A stretch of DNA of 32,084 bases. Source: Gonapodya sp. JEL0774. Its lineage: Eukaryota. The position numbers were made by a program, and so were the translations under genes. Position 1 is the first letter of the stretch. Each line of letters begins with the position of its first letter. Under the pieces are notes generated by a model. That model searched no databases. It saw nothing but the letters and a program-made list of their open reading frames with translations, and was not told where the DNA came from. This document shows, in pieces, positions 9,950-22,600 of the stretch. The DNA lies in assembly GCA_027604505.1 (NCBI GenBank), contig JADIIX010000197.1, positions 1-32,084 on the forward strand, given 5' to 3'.

Positions 9950-12325
9950 ATGACTGACGCAAAGATTTTGGAGCACCTTGATGCTATTAGGCGAGATGTT
10001 CAGTTGCTGTCTCAGAAAGTTGAGCGAGTGGGTGCCGATCGTCGCGATGTTGCTGGATCGATGAAGCACACCTGATGTGCATCTCCCTTACCTTTGGCTT
10101 CAAAAAGATGGAAATAGGTCTGGCTAATGGTACGTACGCGCTATCAGACCGTATCTCAACTCTTTCTCATACCTGGGGATGACGAATAATTTCAGCTGAC
10201 CGGAGCCACTCCGTCCCCGCGATCGCGACCTCTAAGCCAGATTCACCTCCTGGTGCCGGATTAGGATCTGGATTGCTTTTCAATTCGGACATTCTGAGCG
10301 GTGAGGGTTTCGCAGACGTTTTGCTGTTGGGAGAGTGGGTGACTCATCTCGCATCCCTCGTTAGAGGCAAGCGAATGGGACGAGAAGGGAGGGTTCGCCT
10401 CTTCTCCAAAAGTTGCTTCTCCCACCAAGAGCGGTCGAACCTCGAAAGCTATGCCCAACTCTCCTGACTGGCAGGCTAAATCGAATGCGCTTTATCGTGA
10501 GCTACCAGTTCCATATCACTTGAATCACAGTGAAGACTGACTTAGCTGCTTCCAGCATCGCGAATTACGCTCACCACATATCCAGTACGTCTTCTGATCT
10601 TGTAGTTATCCGTAGTATATGCCCAGAATCTACCCTTGCTTTTAGGGCCAAGTTGGCGTTGACCCTCTCCCTCTGAATTGGGGAGCCATGACACCCACTG
10701 AGCGGGGGCCCGTAATTGTATCTCGTTCTCCTACCTCGCTAAAAAAGCGGAACGCAATTGGTGCCCACGGAGGAAGCTATTCAATCTATCGCGCTCTTGC
10801 AGTTGTTATTGGGGACATGCCCCCCAATCATCGTCCAGACTTTCGTAACACACTTCCACACATTAAAATAGGGCCATACAGTTCCTGGTCGGAGGAGAAG
10901 ATTGTTTCTATGGATCCTTTTGGACACGTGGTTGCCCAGGCTCACAGCGATCACATCAAAGCAGGGTTGGACATTAGACCGTCGATTGCCATCACTAAGG
11001 CTCACATGCAACTTCCTGAAATGGAGCAGGCAGTCGAAGCTGGACGAATAAAGGTGGATAATAACTGGGTAGTGAACAGGAAAGGGGATCTGCGAGTTAC
11101 AAAGGGAGCAATCGAACCAGTCTGGTGGCTTCCCGGTGTAGCAAAGCGCTTCAATGTTGATGAAGCGCTTTTGCGTCGTGCTTTATTGTGAGTGGTCGTG
11201 TCGCTGAACTCTTGATCTTGCTCCTAAGGACTTTCCACAACAGTGAAGACACAGGAGGCTCGTACCCTGAACTAATCACACGGCCCGATCTTAAAGTGTT
11301 CCTTCCGCCTATTGGTGGAATCTCCATATACATATTTGGTCCTCCGGAGTACATCAGTGACCCTACAAAGCATCTGTCCGTTCGAGTACATGATGAGTGC
11401 AATGGAAGTGAGATCAACCAACGTTTTTTTTGGATATTCCATTATTTACCGACGGTGTTGTTGTCCATGATATTTGTAAGGTGATGTATTCGGAAGTGAT
11501 ATTTGCACTTGTCGGCCGTACTTGTGAGTCTAGCTTGCAGTGGGGAGTTCTTTGCCCAGTGCACCCAGCTCAGAACAGAACTTCCCGTCGATCTTTATTT
11601 CCAAAGGATTCACGGCATTGAGGAGTGTGTCAGGTCAGCCCAGGACGGAGGTGCTGGTCTCATTGTTTACTTCAGGTAAGGGGGATCCAACGACTTTTCA
11701 GAGCAGAGTTTCGGGCGAATCAAAACTGCTCAATATTTTCAGGAAGGAAGGTCGCGCACTTGGAGAAGTCACCAAGTACCTAGTATACAATGCTCGGAAA
11801 CGAGCAGAGGGCGGCGATACCGCAGAAGCATACTTTGCGCGGACAGAGTCTGTGGCTGGTGTGAAGGATGCCAGGTTCCAAGCACTAATGCCGGATGTGC
11901 TCCACTGGCTTGGGATCACCAAAATTGATCGTTTCATGTGAGTCACTGACATGATAAACAGGTCAAGCTCACTCATTCAGATGTTCTTTTGGAAGCTCCA
12001 TGTCAAACATGAAATATGATGCCGTAGTTGGCTCAGGAATTAAAATTTTGAACAGGATCCCGATTCCTGATGAAATGTACGTTCCCATGGAGATTTCTCG
12101 TTGCTCCATGAAAAAACGCAGCACTTCGATCTTTTCAGGATTCCTGATGATGGTCGAGTAGAGATTGAGGCAAAAATTGCTGCTGGCTACTTTTCAGTGA
12201 GTGTTGCTGTTTCATCAGGAGAACTTTTCTCATCCGCATGTTTTGATTGTGATCATTAGGCAGAGAAAGTTCCGGAAGACTTATCAAAAGTCAAAGGCCG
12301 CATATGGGAGGATGTGTCACACTAA
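9950..12325 (+). CDS. URC1: GTP cyclohydrolase II-like uracil-catabolism protein (URC1/urg1 family), multi-exon
   Basis: MTDAKILEHL... then RITLTTYPGQVGVDPLPLNWGA..RGPVIVSR..RNAIGAHGGSYSIYRALAV (family N-terminal domain), EPVWWLPGVA.RF, FLPPIGG, RVHDECNGSDVFGSDICTCRPYL (Zn ligands), YFRKEGRALGEVTKYLVYNARKR, DARFQALMPDVLHWLGI, MSNMKYDA, EIEAKIAAGYF, GRIWEDVSH*. Stop at 12323-12325. Confidence 0.93.
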
Positions 12326-12486
12326 AAATTAAAAAGCACCGGACTTTTACCCCTATAGAGAGTTATCCATAACACACAAATCATCAGAGTTATAGACAAG
12401 AACGATGAGAATTATTGCTGAGCTGCCATAAACCTGCAAAAGCTACCTTCTAGAATAAATGAGAGTGCTAGGAAAGGAAAGAAAAG

Positions 12487-12586
12487 TGAGATTACGACTT
12501 ACGAGTCGTTGTCTCAGTACTCTCCGCACATTATACCACTGCTGAGTGCTGAGAATAGTGAGAGTACATTTTTTTGTTTTTTTTTT
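12487..12586 (+). other. Two adjacent stem-loops followed by a long T tract (function unknown)
   Basis: tgagat-t-acgact-[tacg]-agtcgt-t-gtctca at 12487-12516. gtactctc 12517-12524 pairs with gagagtac 12560-12567. T-run at 12569-12586. Confidence 0.4.
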
Positions 12587-13619
12587 GCAAACTTCGAACG
12601 CCTGGAACGACAGCGGGTTCAAGACAACAGTTGTGCATGAAACAATATATGTAATGTATGACGTGAGGGGCGAGTCATTGATGCTGTTTATGCGATCCTG
12701 AGAGAGATTCGAAGCTTCTATTAGATTGCCCGTACTACGAGTCGTCTCCGGAGAACTGAAAGAGACTAGAGACTCAACTGTGTGATGTGTTGACACTTTC
12801 TTTGGCCGCCCCCTCTGTGGCCTTGTAGTGGATCTGTCATACATATCGATCTCAGCCCTCTATGAACGGGGTGGTGGCCTAGTGATAGGCCTGGAGTGCG
12901 AGACGGAGTGAGATATGAACTTATTGTGCGTAGCTATCCGTGTCTTATAAACATGTGTGAGCAGTGTTAACACCGCCCATGCCCTGTACGAGGCGTCAAC
13001 ACCACAACAGCCACCTTCTCCTCCGCAGCTGAACAAGCAAATGACGCCTAACCACAGGGCCACCACAATTAATTACACTTATTTTTTATATATTATAGTG
13101 ACTTATGCCCACCCCTCCAGCGTCCCACTAGCTCAAATGAAACATCGAGACTCGAGTCCCCCAACTCCCGCAAGACGGCCGCCGGAAACAGGGCCCCAGA
13201 CGGCCTTGTCGGCGGAAATTCTCAGTGAACAAGCAAACACTCCAATTAGAGTTACAACTTGGTGACGTTACCGATTCATGGATCTACGCGAAAGGGGAAC
13301 ACATCCCTGGCGTCAGCCATTCAATTTTCGCTGTTACCCGCAAACAGGTTCTCTTCTTTTTCTGTGGGGTGCTCTAGTACCGAGACCTGAGCCGGGTGTT
13401 CCACAGTTATGCCGGTATACGCCGTTTGTGTTGTCAGAGTGCAACCCCGACAAAACCCAGTGCCGCGAGTCGACTGAGAGATCAGAGGGAAGTGGGTGAA
13501 ACTATTACTTATTAGGGAGAAGGCTGCCGGGGGGGGCAAGTGCAGCATTGAGAGCGAGAGGCGACTGTGGCCTTATGGCTCTTGAGAGCATCGAGAACAC
13601 ACCCCATCCCAAAAGCAGA

Positions 13620-16600
13620 ATGGCGTCGACAGCGGTGCCGCGAATGGCATCACTACCGCCAAACCCGTCCGCATATGACTTACGGATTGTGTGGCTCAAG
13701 AATCGCGTGCTCAACGGCCTGATGCTTGAATCGGCGCAAACTAGCGACGCCGTATCTTCACAGTCACAACCAGTGAAGTTGGATTTGTTCGACGAATGCA
13801 TGGAAAGAGATGGGAGGAAAAGTCTGATGGTAATATGTTCATCGTTCCCCGCTCGAGACGTCAATTTGGCTCATTCGCCCTGAAACCAACCTACAGGAAC
13901 TAATGAATTTTCTCGAAGACACATTGCCTACAGCACACTCTGCCCTCCTTTTCTACTCAGAAACAGTTAATGAAGTCCCGAAAGGTGAAGTTTGATCTCC
14001 ACCGATGAGAATGAGGGAAGCCTCCGCTGACAACCGCAACATATACTCAGAAACATCAGCCTCTCCGAAACGGGAAACTGACATAGAGCAGCCTGTTAAC
14101 TGCACAGATATACCGGCTTTGACTGGGGTACCAGAAGCGGACGTTTCCCTTCATCACCCCGTCGATCCCTCTTTCGGAGATGCCCGGGAAGCGACAACGG
14201 CGATGTCCAATTCTTCACCAGATTTTCCTCCTCCTTCTCAAGACTCGCCGCCTTTATCACCACCTACGACCGGACATATCATCGACTCCAGTCTACCACC
14301 ACTTCCGGTCCAGAATGGACTCACGATCACTTCAGAAGTTGTTCTCCATATGTGCATCCAAACAATTCCAGAGCGAGTCGCGGAAATGAACTCGATTTAC
14401 TTTCTTCGCAACCAACCTGGGCCTGTGGAAGTCCCCCGGAACGTCGATGGTGTGGTGCAACATTGGCTTGACCTGTTCCTCGTTGTGCCTCACCGCACCT
14501 TTACGTAGACATGCTTCCCACCATGACTCGTCACCTAGAAGTCGGCTACCTTTCCGGTCTCGCGCTTCTAATGCTCGAGAGGGTCTTGAACGAGGTGTAT
14601 ATGCCTCTGCTGTCGAACCCCGAAGAGTTCGCACCCGGAACAGTCGGTGCAAAATCTCCTGCCGAAGACGCGCCCAGCGTGATGAGGTCCAGTTTTTTAG
14701 CAAACGGGGTGAATGAATCACTTAGGAGCGAGTTCTTGACCAGTAAGTCACTCCTTGCTCATTTGTCGAAACAGTTCCCGAGCCATCACCCGCTTGAGTT
14801 TAGACCTCCAAAAATTTGCGTCGGTTGTGTCGCAAACGGTTCATCAGATATCCACACATTCTCGCCTAACAGTCCCTGACTCCCTCATGGCTCTTCTCGG
14901 TCCGCCCTCCACTCACGGCTCCACAGAGCATGTGGATAGACTAGCAAAGGACCCTGCAGCGGTAAAGCAACTTGAAATGACTGCAGGTGAATGGGTAGAA
15001 CAGATTGTGGCGACGATGGCTGCAGAGGCGAAAAAGACCCCGAAGGGAAATGTGAGTTGTCATGGAGCCGAAGTAAGTCACGGCGACATTTCGAACATTT
15101 TGTAGCTCACTTTGTGGTGATCTCCTTTGCTATTTTTACTTTGTAAGGGGCCAATGTCTGAGGTCGAGTACTGGAGGGATCGTAATGCGTCTCTTTCTGC
15201 ACTCCACGAACAACTCGATCAACCCCTTGTCCACACCATCCACCAAATCCTCTCTCATGCTCTTTCTCCAATTGCTACCGCCCTTGATGCTCAATTGTCC
15301 GATCTTGGACGGCATCACGCTGAAGCAAAGGACAATGTGAAATTTCTTTCAACGTTGGAGCGACATTTCAAGAATATCGGACAGGCACCTCTCGAAACGG
15401 TAGCAGACTCGTTGCTGAGTCTCATGAACGCGGTCCGGATGGTTTGGATTATTTCGCGACACTACAATAGGGACGAGAGGATGGTGCCTTTGATGCAGAG
15501 AATTGCGTGGGAGATCGCGAATAGAGTGTCCGAGGTCGTGGACGTTAAGAACATTCTAGCGGATCCCGTGAAAGCAAAAGGAAAAATTTCGGATGCGAAG
15601 GCGCTCTTGGAAGCCTGGAGTACAGTGAGTGGATGCCTCAATAAGGATGGTCGTTCCCGGTCTTAATTTTGCATGAACTCTTTTGGTACAGACCTACTTT
15701 CAAGTGCGTGAACGTATTGAACAATCTGGACGGGATCAGCGCTGGGAGTTCGACCGTCGAAAACTTTTCGAGCAGACCAACTACATGGCACTCCGGTGTG
15801 CAGATCTGGGTCAGATCTGTGAGGTAATGGAGCAGTTCTACAATATTTTCGGCCCCGAGCTCAAAGCCGTCACGGGGGACTCACAAGCAATTGACGATGT
15901 GGTCAAGCGGGTAGATGCGCTGGTGCATCCCTTCGAGGCGGTCGGATTTGACATTTTCAGCAAGAAGTGAGTTGGGAGGATGCCTGAAGTCTCCCTGCGG
16001 TTCTCGCTAAACAATTCGACAACGTCCAACCGTCAGATTTAACACCCAGTGGCATGCACTTATGAACAAATTCCGGGAGCAGGTCCTCCAGATAGAAGAC
16101 ATGGCGAAACAGTTTATAGATGCCAGCTTCAAGAAACTCCGCTCCGCCGAAGGGGCGTTTGACCTGCTGCAGAACATAAAAAACATCCGCAGTCGCGACT
16201 CGATCAACAACCAGATGATGAGCAAGTTCAGCGACATTCTCGCCCAATACTCTAAAGAGGTGGATGTGATTGGGGAGATGTTCGCGAAACATAAGTAAGC
16301 TTATATTGCTTTTTCAAAATGTTAGACGATGCAATATCCAAATTGCCTCATAGGGACCAGCCTCCAATTGCGAAGAACCAGCCTCAGGTGGCCGGTGCGA
16401 TTGGCTGGTCACGAAGCCTTTTTCATCGGATAAAGCGAACCATCAAGCGATTTCAGTCCCTCGAAGGTTTGTTTCATTGTCTGATGTATTTGTGAGAGCA
16501 CATGTGAATCCATTCTCTCGTGATTGAGTAGAAATGCTCCAAAGCGAACAAGGAAGGAACGTGACCAAACAGTATCTCACGGTGGCCAAGTCCATGCGAG

Positions 16601-19600
16601 ATTACGAACAGTTAGTAAGTGATCCGCTGTCCCCTTGGAAGCACACTGCGTCCCCTTGACACAACGACTATTGATTAAGCTCTATCAAAGATGGTGTCAG
16701 GCTGTCGACAGCACTTCCGCTCAATATCTGAAGTGCCACATCCTCGCCAAGCTGGATGGGAGTGCGAACCTCCCTACCCCTTTTATGACACCTCTCCAGA
16801 TGGGAGTAATGGCTATGGCGGTAAATGGGGTCCTGCCTGCGTCTAACCAGGGAATAGCCGCGGCAACTAGAGCGGAAGATGTCACGGTGATTGAGAATGT
16901 TATCGTTAACTTCAGACCGGAGCTACTCACCATGATGAAGGAAACGAAATACCTGGACAAACTTGGGTTCAACGTTCCCGAAGCTGCTCTGAACATTGTT
17001 CTCCAGGTTTGTTCAAAAGTTGCTTGGAACTGCACTCGTCAATGATAATGTAAACGTGATCCACTGCAATACCCTCTTGCCTCTCTTGCAGGAGGAGAAG
17101 TATTATGCATACATTGAGAGTCTCAGTACTGTTGTGGCGTCTCATCGCCAAGTTCTCGAATCATTGGACGTTGCCGAGCGGAAATTACTCGGGTCACATA
17201 TCATGGAGCTAAGGAGGGTCATCAAGCCAGGCCTTACACGTCTCAATTGGAACAGTTTAGGCATTGCTGATTACATCCAGAAGTGCACAGCGGTGAGATG
17301 TTTTATGAATGAGGAACATCATGGTATCTGAGCAGTCTTACTTCAGGAAATCAATAAATTTTCCTCGATTGTTAACTCAATTCGAAAGAACTCAGCAAAT
17401 ATTGCGCATGTTGTGGAGCAGATTGCTCGAGCACAGCTTATCAAAGACCCACCGATACAGGACCTCATGGACGCCCATGTAAGTTTCAAAAAACTGATTA
17501 CAACCGCCTCTTCTCTGTGAACATAACTGTCGTTTCTGAATCCCAAGGAATTTTTTGAGTTCGTCAACAAACACTGCACAGCCACTGTGGAAATTCTAGT
17601 GCAGAAGTACGCCGGTATCGCGCCACTTCTCATCAAGATTGAAAGTCTTGTGGCAGGCACCAATAGTGGGCGAAGCAAACAATTGAAAGACTACTATGCA
17701 TTTTGGGAACGGGCGATTTTCAACGCATTGAATCAGGTGAGGCGTAATGTCCGTCGTCACACGACACGCATCACCAAGATTTGTCCTCTTTTATCTTTGA
17801 CTCAAAACAAGATGGTAATAAGCAACATGTTGATTCTTGAAAATATGCTCAACGGTCAGATATCAAAGAAGAGGACAAGGAAGCGTGAACAGGCTGCCCA
17901 AGCACATAGATTGATGTCGTTGTTAAAGATTGCACCACGGATGGTTCCACTTTTTCGAATTCATGCTTCTCTTTCGGCGCCTGAAATAGTCGTAAGCCCT
18001 CTTTCGGGCGAGATATTTAAGCTAATGAACAAGGTTGTGCGTGGTCTAGTGGATTCGACAAAGCAATTCCACCGTTGGCAGAATGGATCATGCATTGTAG
18101 CTGTTCCTCATAGGAATGGCGAAGACGATGAATCTTTCATTTTTAGCTTTCATTCGGATGTCGTGAGCAATCTAGCGGTAGTTCAAGGGCTTCTAGGCTT
18201 GAATCAAGTTATCACCAAGACTTTCACAAATCTATCGAAATATCTGGATTCCTGGAGGAAATATCGACCCCTTTGGAAAGTCGACAAAGTTAGTGCCAAT
18301 TGTTGATAATTCACTATATGGTTTCTAATTCAAACAATTGCATAGGTAGTAACACTTGAGAAGTTCTCCCAAAAAAACCCCAGTGTGGTTGCGTATGATG
18401 AAAAACTCACATTTTATTCAAAATTGGCCAAAGATGTGGAGAACCAGCAGACTACTGTTGATATTGAATTCATGAGAGTTGTTTCAACCCCACTACAGCA
18501 GGCAATTCACCAAGAGGCTCAGAGCTGGATTTTGTCTATAGGTGAGATTAACCAAATTTGAAATAATGCTCTTGGTTGATAGTCCCTTGAATGACAATAG
18601 GAAAACATTTGAATGCGTCTGCAAAGGAGGGACTGAATGCCATCTATGCCAGAATCAAGAAGTATCAAGAAGACCTGCAGATTGTACCAGCAACTCTGTC
18701 AGATTTAACTACAATATTGAATGTGATGTCTGATATGCGTCAGTCGTCAGAAGACATTGAAATGCAGTATGCTGATGTCATTGAGGCCTACAGGACACTC
18801 ACAATGTATGGAATCCCAGTAGATAACGAAGAACTTAACCTGTCAAAGGTTCTTGCTTCAAAGTGGGACGAAATGCTGGTCGCTTCTCGTGCTGTTGATG
18901 AAGGCTTAGTAGTTGTAAAGAAGAAATTCACAGAGGAAACCACTACTCAAGTGAAGGATTTTCGGTCAGAGCTGAAACGTTTTCGAGACGAATTTATGTC
19001 TGTTGGTCCAGGAGTGGAAACCCAAGATCTTGAGCGTGGCCTTGAGCACCTGAAAGAAGCTAAAAAAGCGTTGAGTGCATTACTGACCACCAGAGAGAAC
19101 CTGGTGACTGCACAACGGCTCTTTGACCTGGACATTACATCATATCCAGAACTATATGAGGTTGAATCAGAGATGAAGGCACTCCAAGAAATCTATGATC
19201 TGTATGTTGAGGTCCGAAACAGTATTCAGCAGTGGTCAGCAACATTGTGGGCAAATCTTGACATCAATGTACTCACCAAGGGAATGGAAGCTTACTCTGT
19301 TCAACTTCGAAAGATGGGAAAGGAATTGAAGCAGCTCCCACCCTACAATGTTGTGGCTGAGAAAATTATATCATTCAACGATTCAATACCCCTTTATAGT
19401 GATTTAAAGAATGAGGCACTTCGTGAGCGACACTGGAAAAAGCTCATGGAAGTGACTGGGCAAGTTTTTGACATGAATCCAGACCACTTTACTCTTGAGA
19501 AACTCTTTGCAATGAATCTACATCAGTACAAGGATCAGTTGGGAGAAGTTGTTAATGGTGCAATGAAGGAGCTTAGCATTGAGAATGGTCTGCGAGACAT

Positions 19601-22600
19601 TGAGACAAACTGGAGAACCATGAAGTTTGTTGTGGCACGCTACATGAAAGGAATGGAGGATCGAGGTTTCATCCTTGGTTCCATTGAAGAAATCACTGCA
19701 GCATTGGATGACGGTGCAATGAACCTGCAGAGTATGGGAGCATCCAAATTTGTTACTGCCTTTCTGCAGCAAGTACAGCAGTGGGAGAAGGTGCTTTCAC
19801 ACATTGGAGAAGTCACCGAGGTTTGGATGGTAGTCCAACGGAAATGGATGTATTTAGAAAGTATTTTCATAGGCACAGGGGACATTCGTCAACAGCTTCC
19901 AGAAGAAGCAGCAAAGTTTGATCAAATTGACAAGACATTTAAGAAGCTCATGAATGAAACAGCAAAGCACAATGTGGTCATGGAAGCTTGTGAAGCAGAA
20001 GGCCGTCTTGAACTTCTTCAGAACCTCAGTGAGCAGCTGGAAAGCTGTCAAAAGAGCTTGAGTGACTATCTGGAGAGCAAGAGGAATTCTTTCCCCCGAT
20101 TTTTCTTCATCTCTGATGAAGAACTCTTAAGCATACTTGGAGCATCAGATGCCCGTGGGGTGCAAGAGCACATTATAAAAATGTATGACAACGTTTTGAA
20201 GCTGAACTTTGGAATAGGGAAACTGGAAAAGTGTGTTACTGGAATGTCTTCAAGTGAGGGTGAGGTCCTTGACTTCCGAAAACCAATTGCAATTGAAGGC
20301 CGTGTGGAAGAATGGATGTCTGCAGTTGAAATAGAAATGAAGCAAACAAACAGGACAATTCACAAAGAAGCTGTCTTCAATTATGCATCAATGAAAAGGA
20401 GTAAGTGGATGCATGCATACCAGGGAATGGTCACACTTGCAGGTAGCCAGGTATGGTGGACATGGGAGGTGGAAGATGTCTTCCACAAAATCAAAGCTGG
20501 TAATAAGCTGGCAATGAAAAAGTACAGCAGGGTGCTTGCAGAACAGTTGGAACAATTGGTGGTGGAAGTACGAACAGACCTTGCCCCGAATGATCGCAAG
20601 AAGGTTAACTCGCAGATTATCATTGATGTTCATGCAAGGGACATTGTGGATAGATTTGTGCGTGAAAGTATAATGGATGAGAATGACTTTGAATGGGAGA
20701 GCCAATTGAGATTCTATTGGGATAGGCAATCTGACAATCTTGTTGCCAATCAATGCAATGGCACATTTGATTATGGCTATGAGTACATGGGTCTGAATGG
20801 ACGATTGGTTATCACCCCTCTCACAGATCGTTGCTATTTGACTCTCACACAAGCATTGTCTATGAAGCTGGGAGGTGCACCTGCAGGCCCTGCAGGAACA
20901 GGTAAAACAGAAACTGTCAAGGATTTGGCAAAAGCATTAGGTCTCTTATGCATGGTCACAAATTGTGGTGATGGCATGGACTACCAGAGCATGGGGAAAA
21001 TCTTTGCAGGATTGGTACAAACAGGTGCTTGGGGTTGTTTTGATGAGTTCAACAGGATTGAGTTGTCTGTTCTTTCAGTCATCAGTGCCCAAATCAAGAC
21101 AATCCAAAACGCAATGGCAATGGGTTTGAAACGTTTTCAGTTTGAAGGAAATGAAATATCCCTGGATAAAAAATCTGGAATCTTCATTACAATGAATCCT
21201 GGCTATGCAGGACGCACTGAGCTCCCAGATAATCTCAAAGCACTGTTTAGACCTGTTGTAATGGCCGTGAGTTGTCAGTCTTTAGTCAAATTTGGCACCC
21301 CCCAGCCTGACATTCTCTTAATTTCTCAAATAAGGTCCCTGATCTGGAAATGATTTGCGAAATAATGCTTTTTTCTGAAGGATTTACCTTGGCGCGACAA
21401 CTAGCAAAAAAAATGGTGGTTCTTTACAAGCTCGCAAAGGGACAGCTGTCTCGACAGCACCATTATGATTTTGGTCTTCGTGCTCTAAAATCTGTGTTAG
21501 TCATGGCAGGGAGCCTCAAGCGAGGCTCACCAGATCTGCTGGAAGATGTTGTTTTAATGCGAGCGCTCAGAGATATGAATCTACCAAAGTTTGTCTTTGA
21601 TGACGTTCCCCTGTTCTTAGGTCTTATAAATGATCTATTTCCGGGGCTTGACTGCCCCAGGGTACGCTATCCAAGCTTTAATGATGCAGTGGAGGAAGCA
21701 CTTAAAGAGAATGATTATCTACTTGTTCCAGAACAGATTGACAAGGTTGTGCAACTGTATGAGACTATGCTGACTCGGCACACAACCATGGTGGTAGGGC
21801 CTTCTGGGGGTGGGAAAAGTATTGTCATTGAGACACTTTCAAAAGCACAAACAAAACTTGGATTGACCACAAAGCTTGCAATACTTAACCCAAAAGCAGT
21901 AACAGTGAATGAACTGTATGGAGTTTTGGATCCTATTACAAGAGATTGGACAGATGGACTTCTGTCAAACATCTTCAGAGATGTCAATAAGCCAACTGAT
22001 CGAAAGGAAAGAAAGTACATTGTGTTTGACGGAGATGTAGATGCAGTGTGGGTGGAGAACATGAATTCTGTGATGGATGATAATAAACTTTTAACACTGA
22101 CAAATGGAGAGAGAATAAGACTTCAGAAGCATGTTGCACTCCTGTTTGAAGTTGGAGATCTTCAGTATGCATCCCCCGCCACAGTCAGTAGATGTGGAAT
22201 GGTGTATGTTGATCCTAAGAACTTGGGGTACAGACCATTCTATCAGAAATGGATCAATTCACATCCAAAACCTGATGGGGAAATTCTCATGAGACTGTTC
22301 AACAAGCTGGTGCCACCAATTCTTGATTACATTTTGGAAGGTGTCTTTGAGGGATTTTTGGGGGAGCCACTGAGAAGAGTGATTCCTGTAACTGCACTAT
22401 CCATTGTCTCTCAGCTTTGTGCATTGTTGGAAACACATTTGTTGGATTTAAAAGCCCAATCACCAGAGAATGTCTTTGAGGCAGTCTTCCTTCAAAGCCT
22501 TGTTTGGTCTGCTGGAGCATCTCTTCAAGATGATGATAGAGTAAAGTTTAGTGATGCTGTGAAGAAGCTTTCAGAGTTGCCACAGGTGCATACAGCAGCC

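Noticed and set aside
9950..12325. Riboflavin-pathway RIB1/RibA
   Set aside because: The long N-terminal domain and the HDECNGSDVFGSDICTC motif are of the URC1/urg1 subfamily.
13250..13273. RFX X-box or CRE-like near-palindrome (ggtgacgttacc) upstream of the flagellar dynein
   Set aside because: Poor fit to the X-box consensus and too short to support without conservation data.
12443..13560. Short ORFs between URC1 and dynein, including a possible URC4
   Set aside because: No recognisable motif or coherent exon chain.
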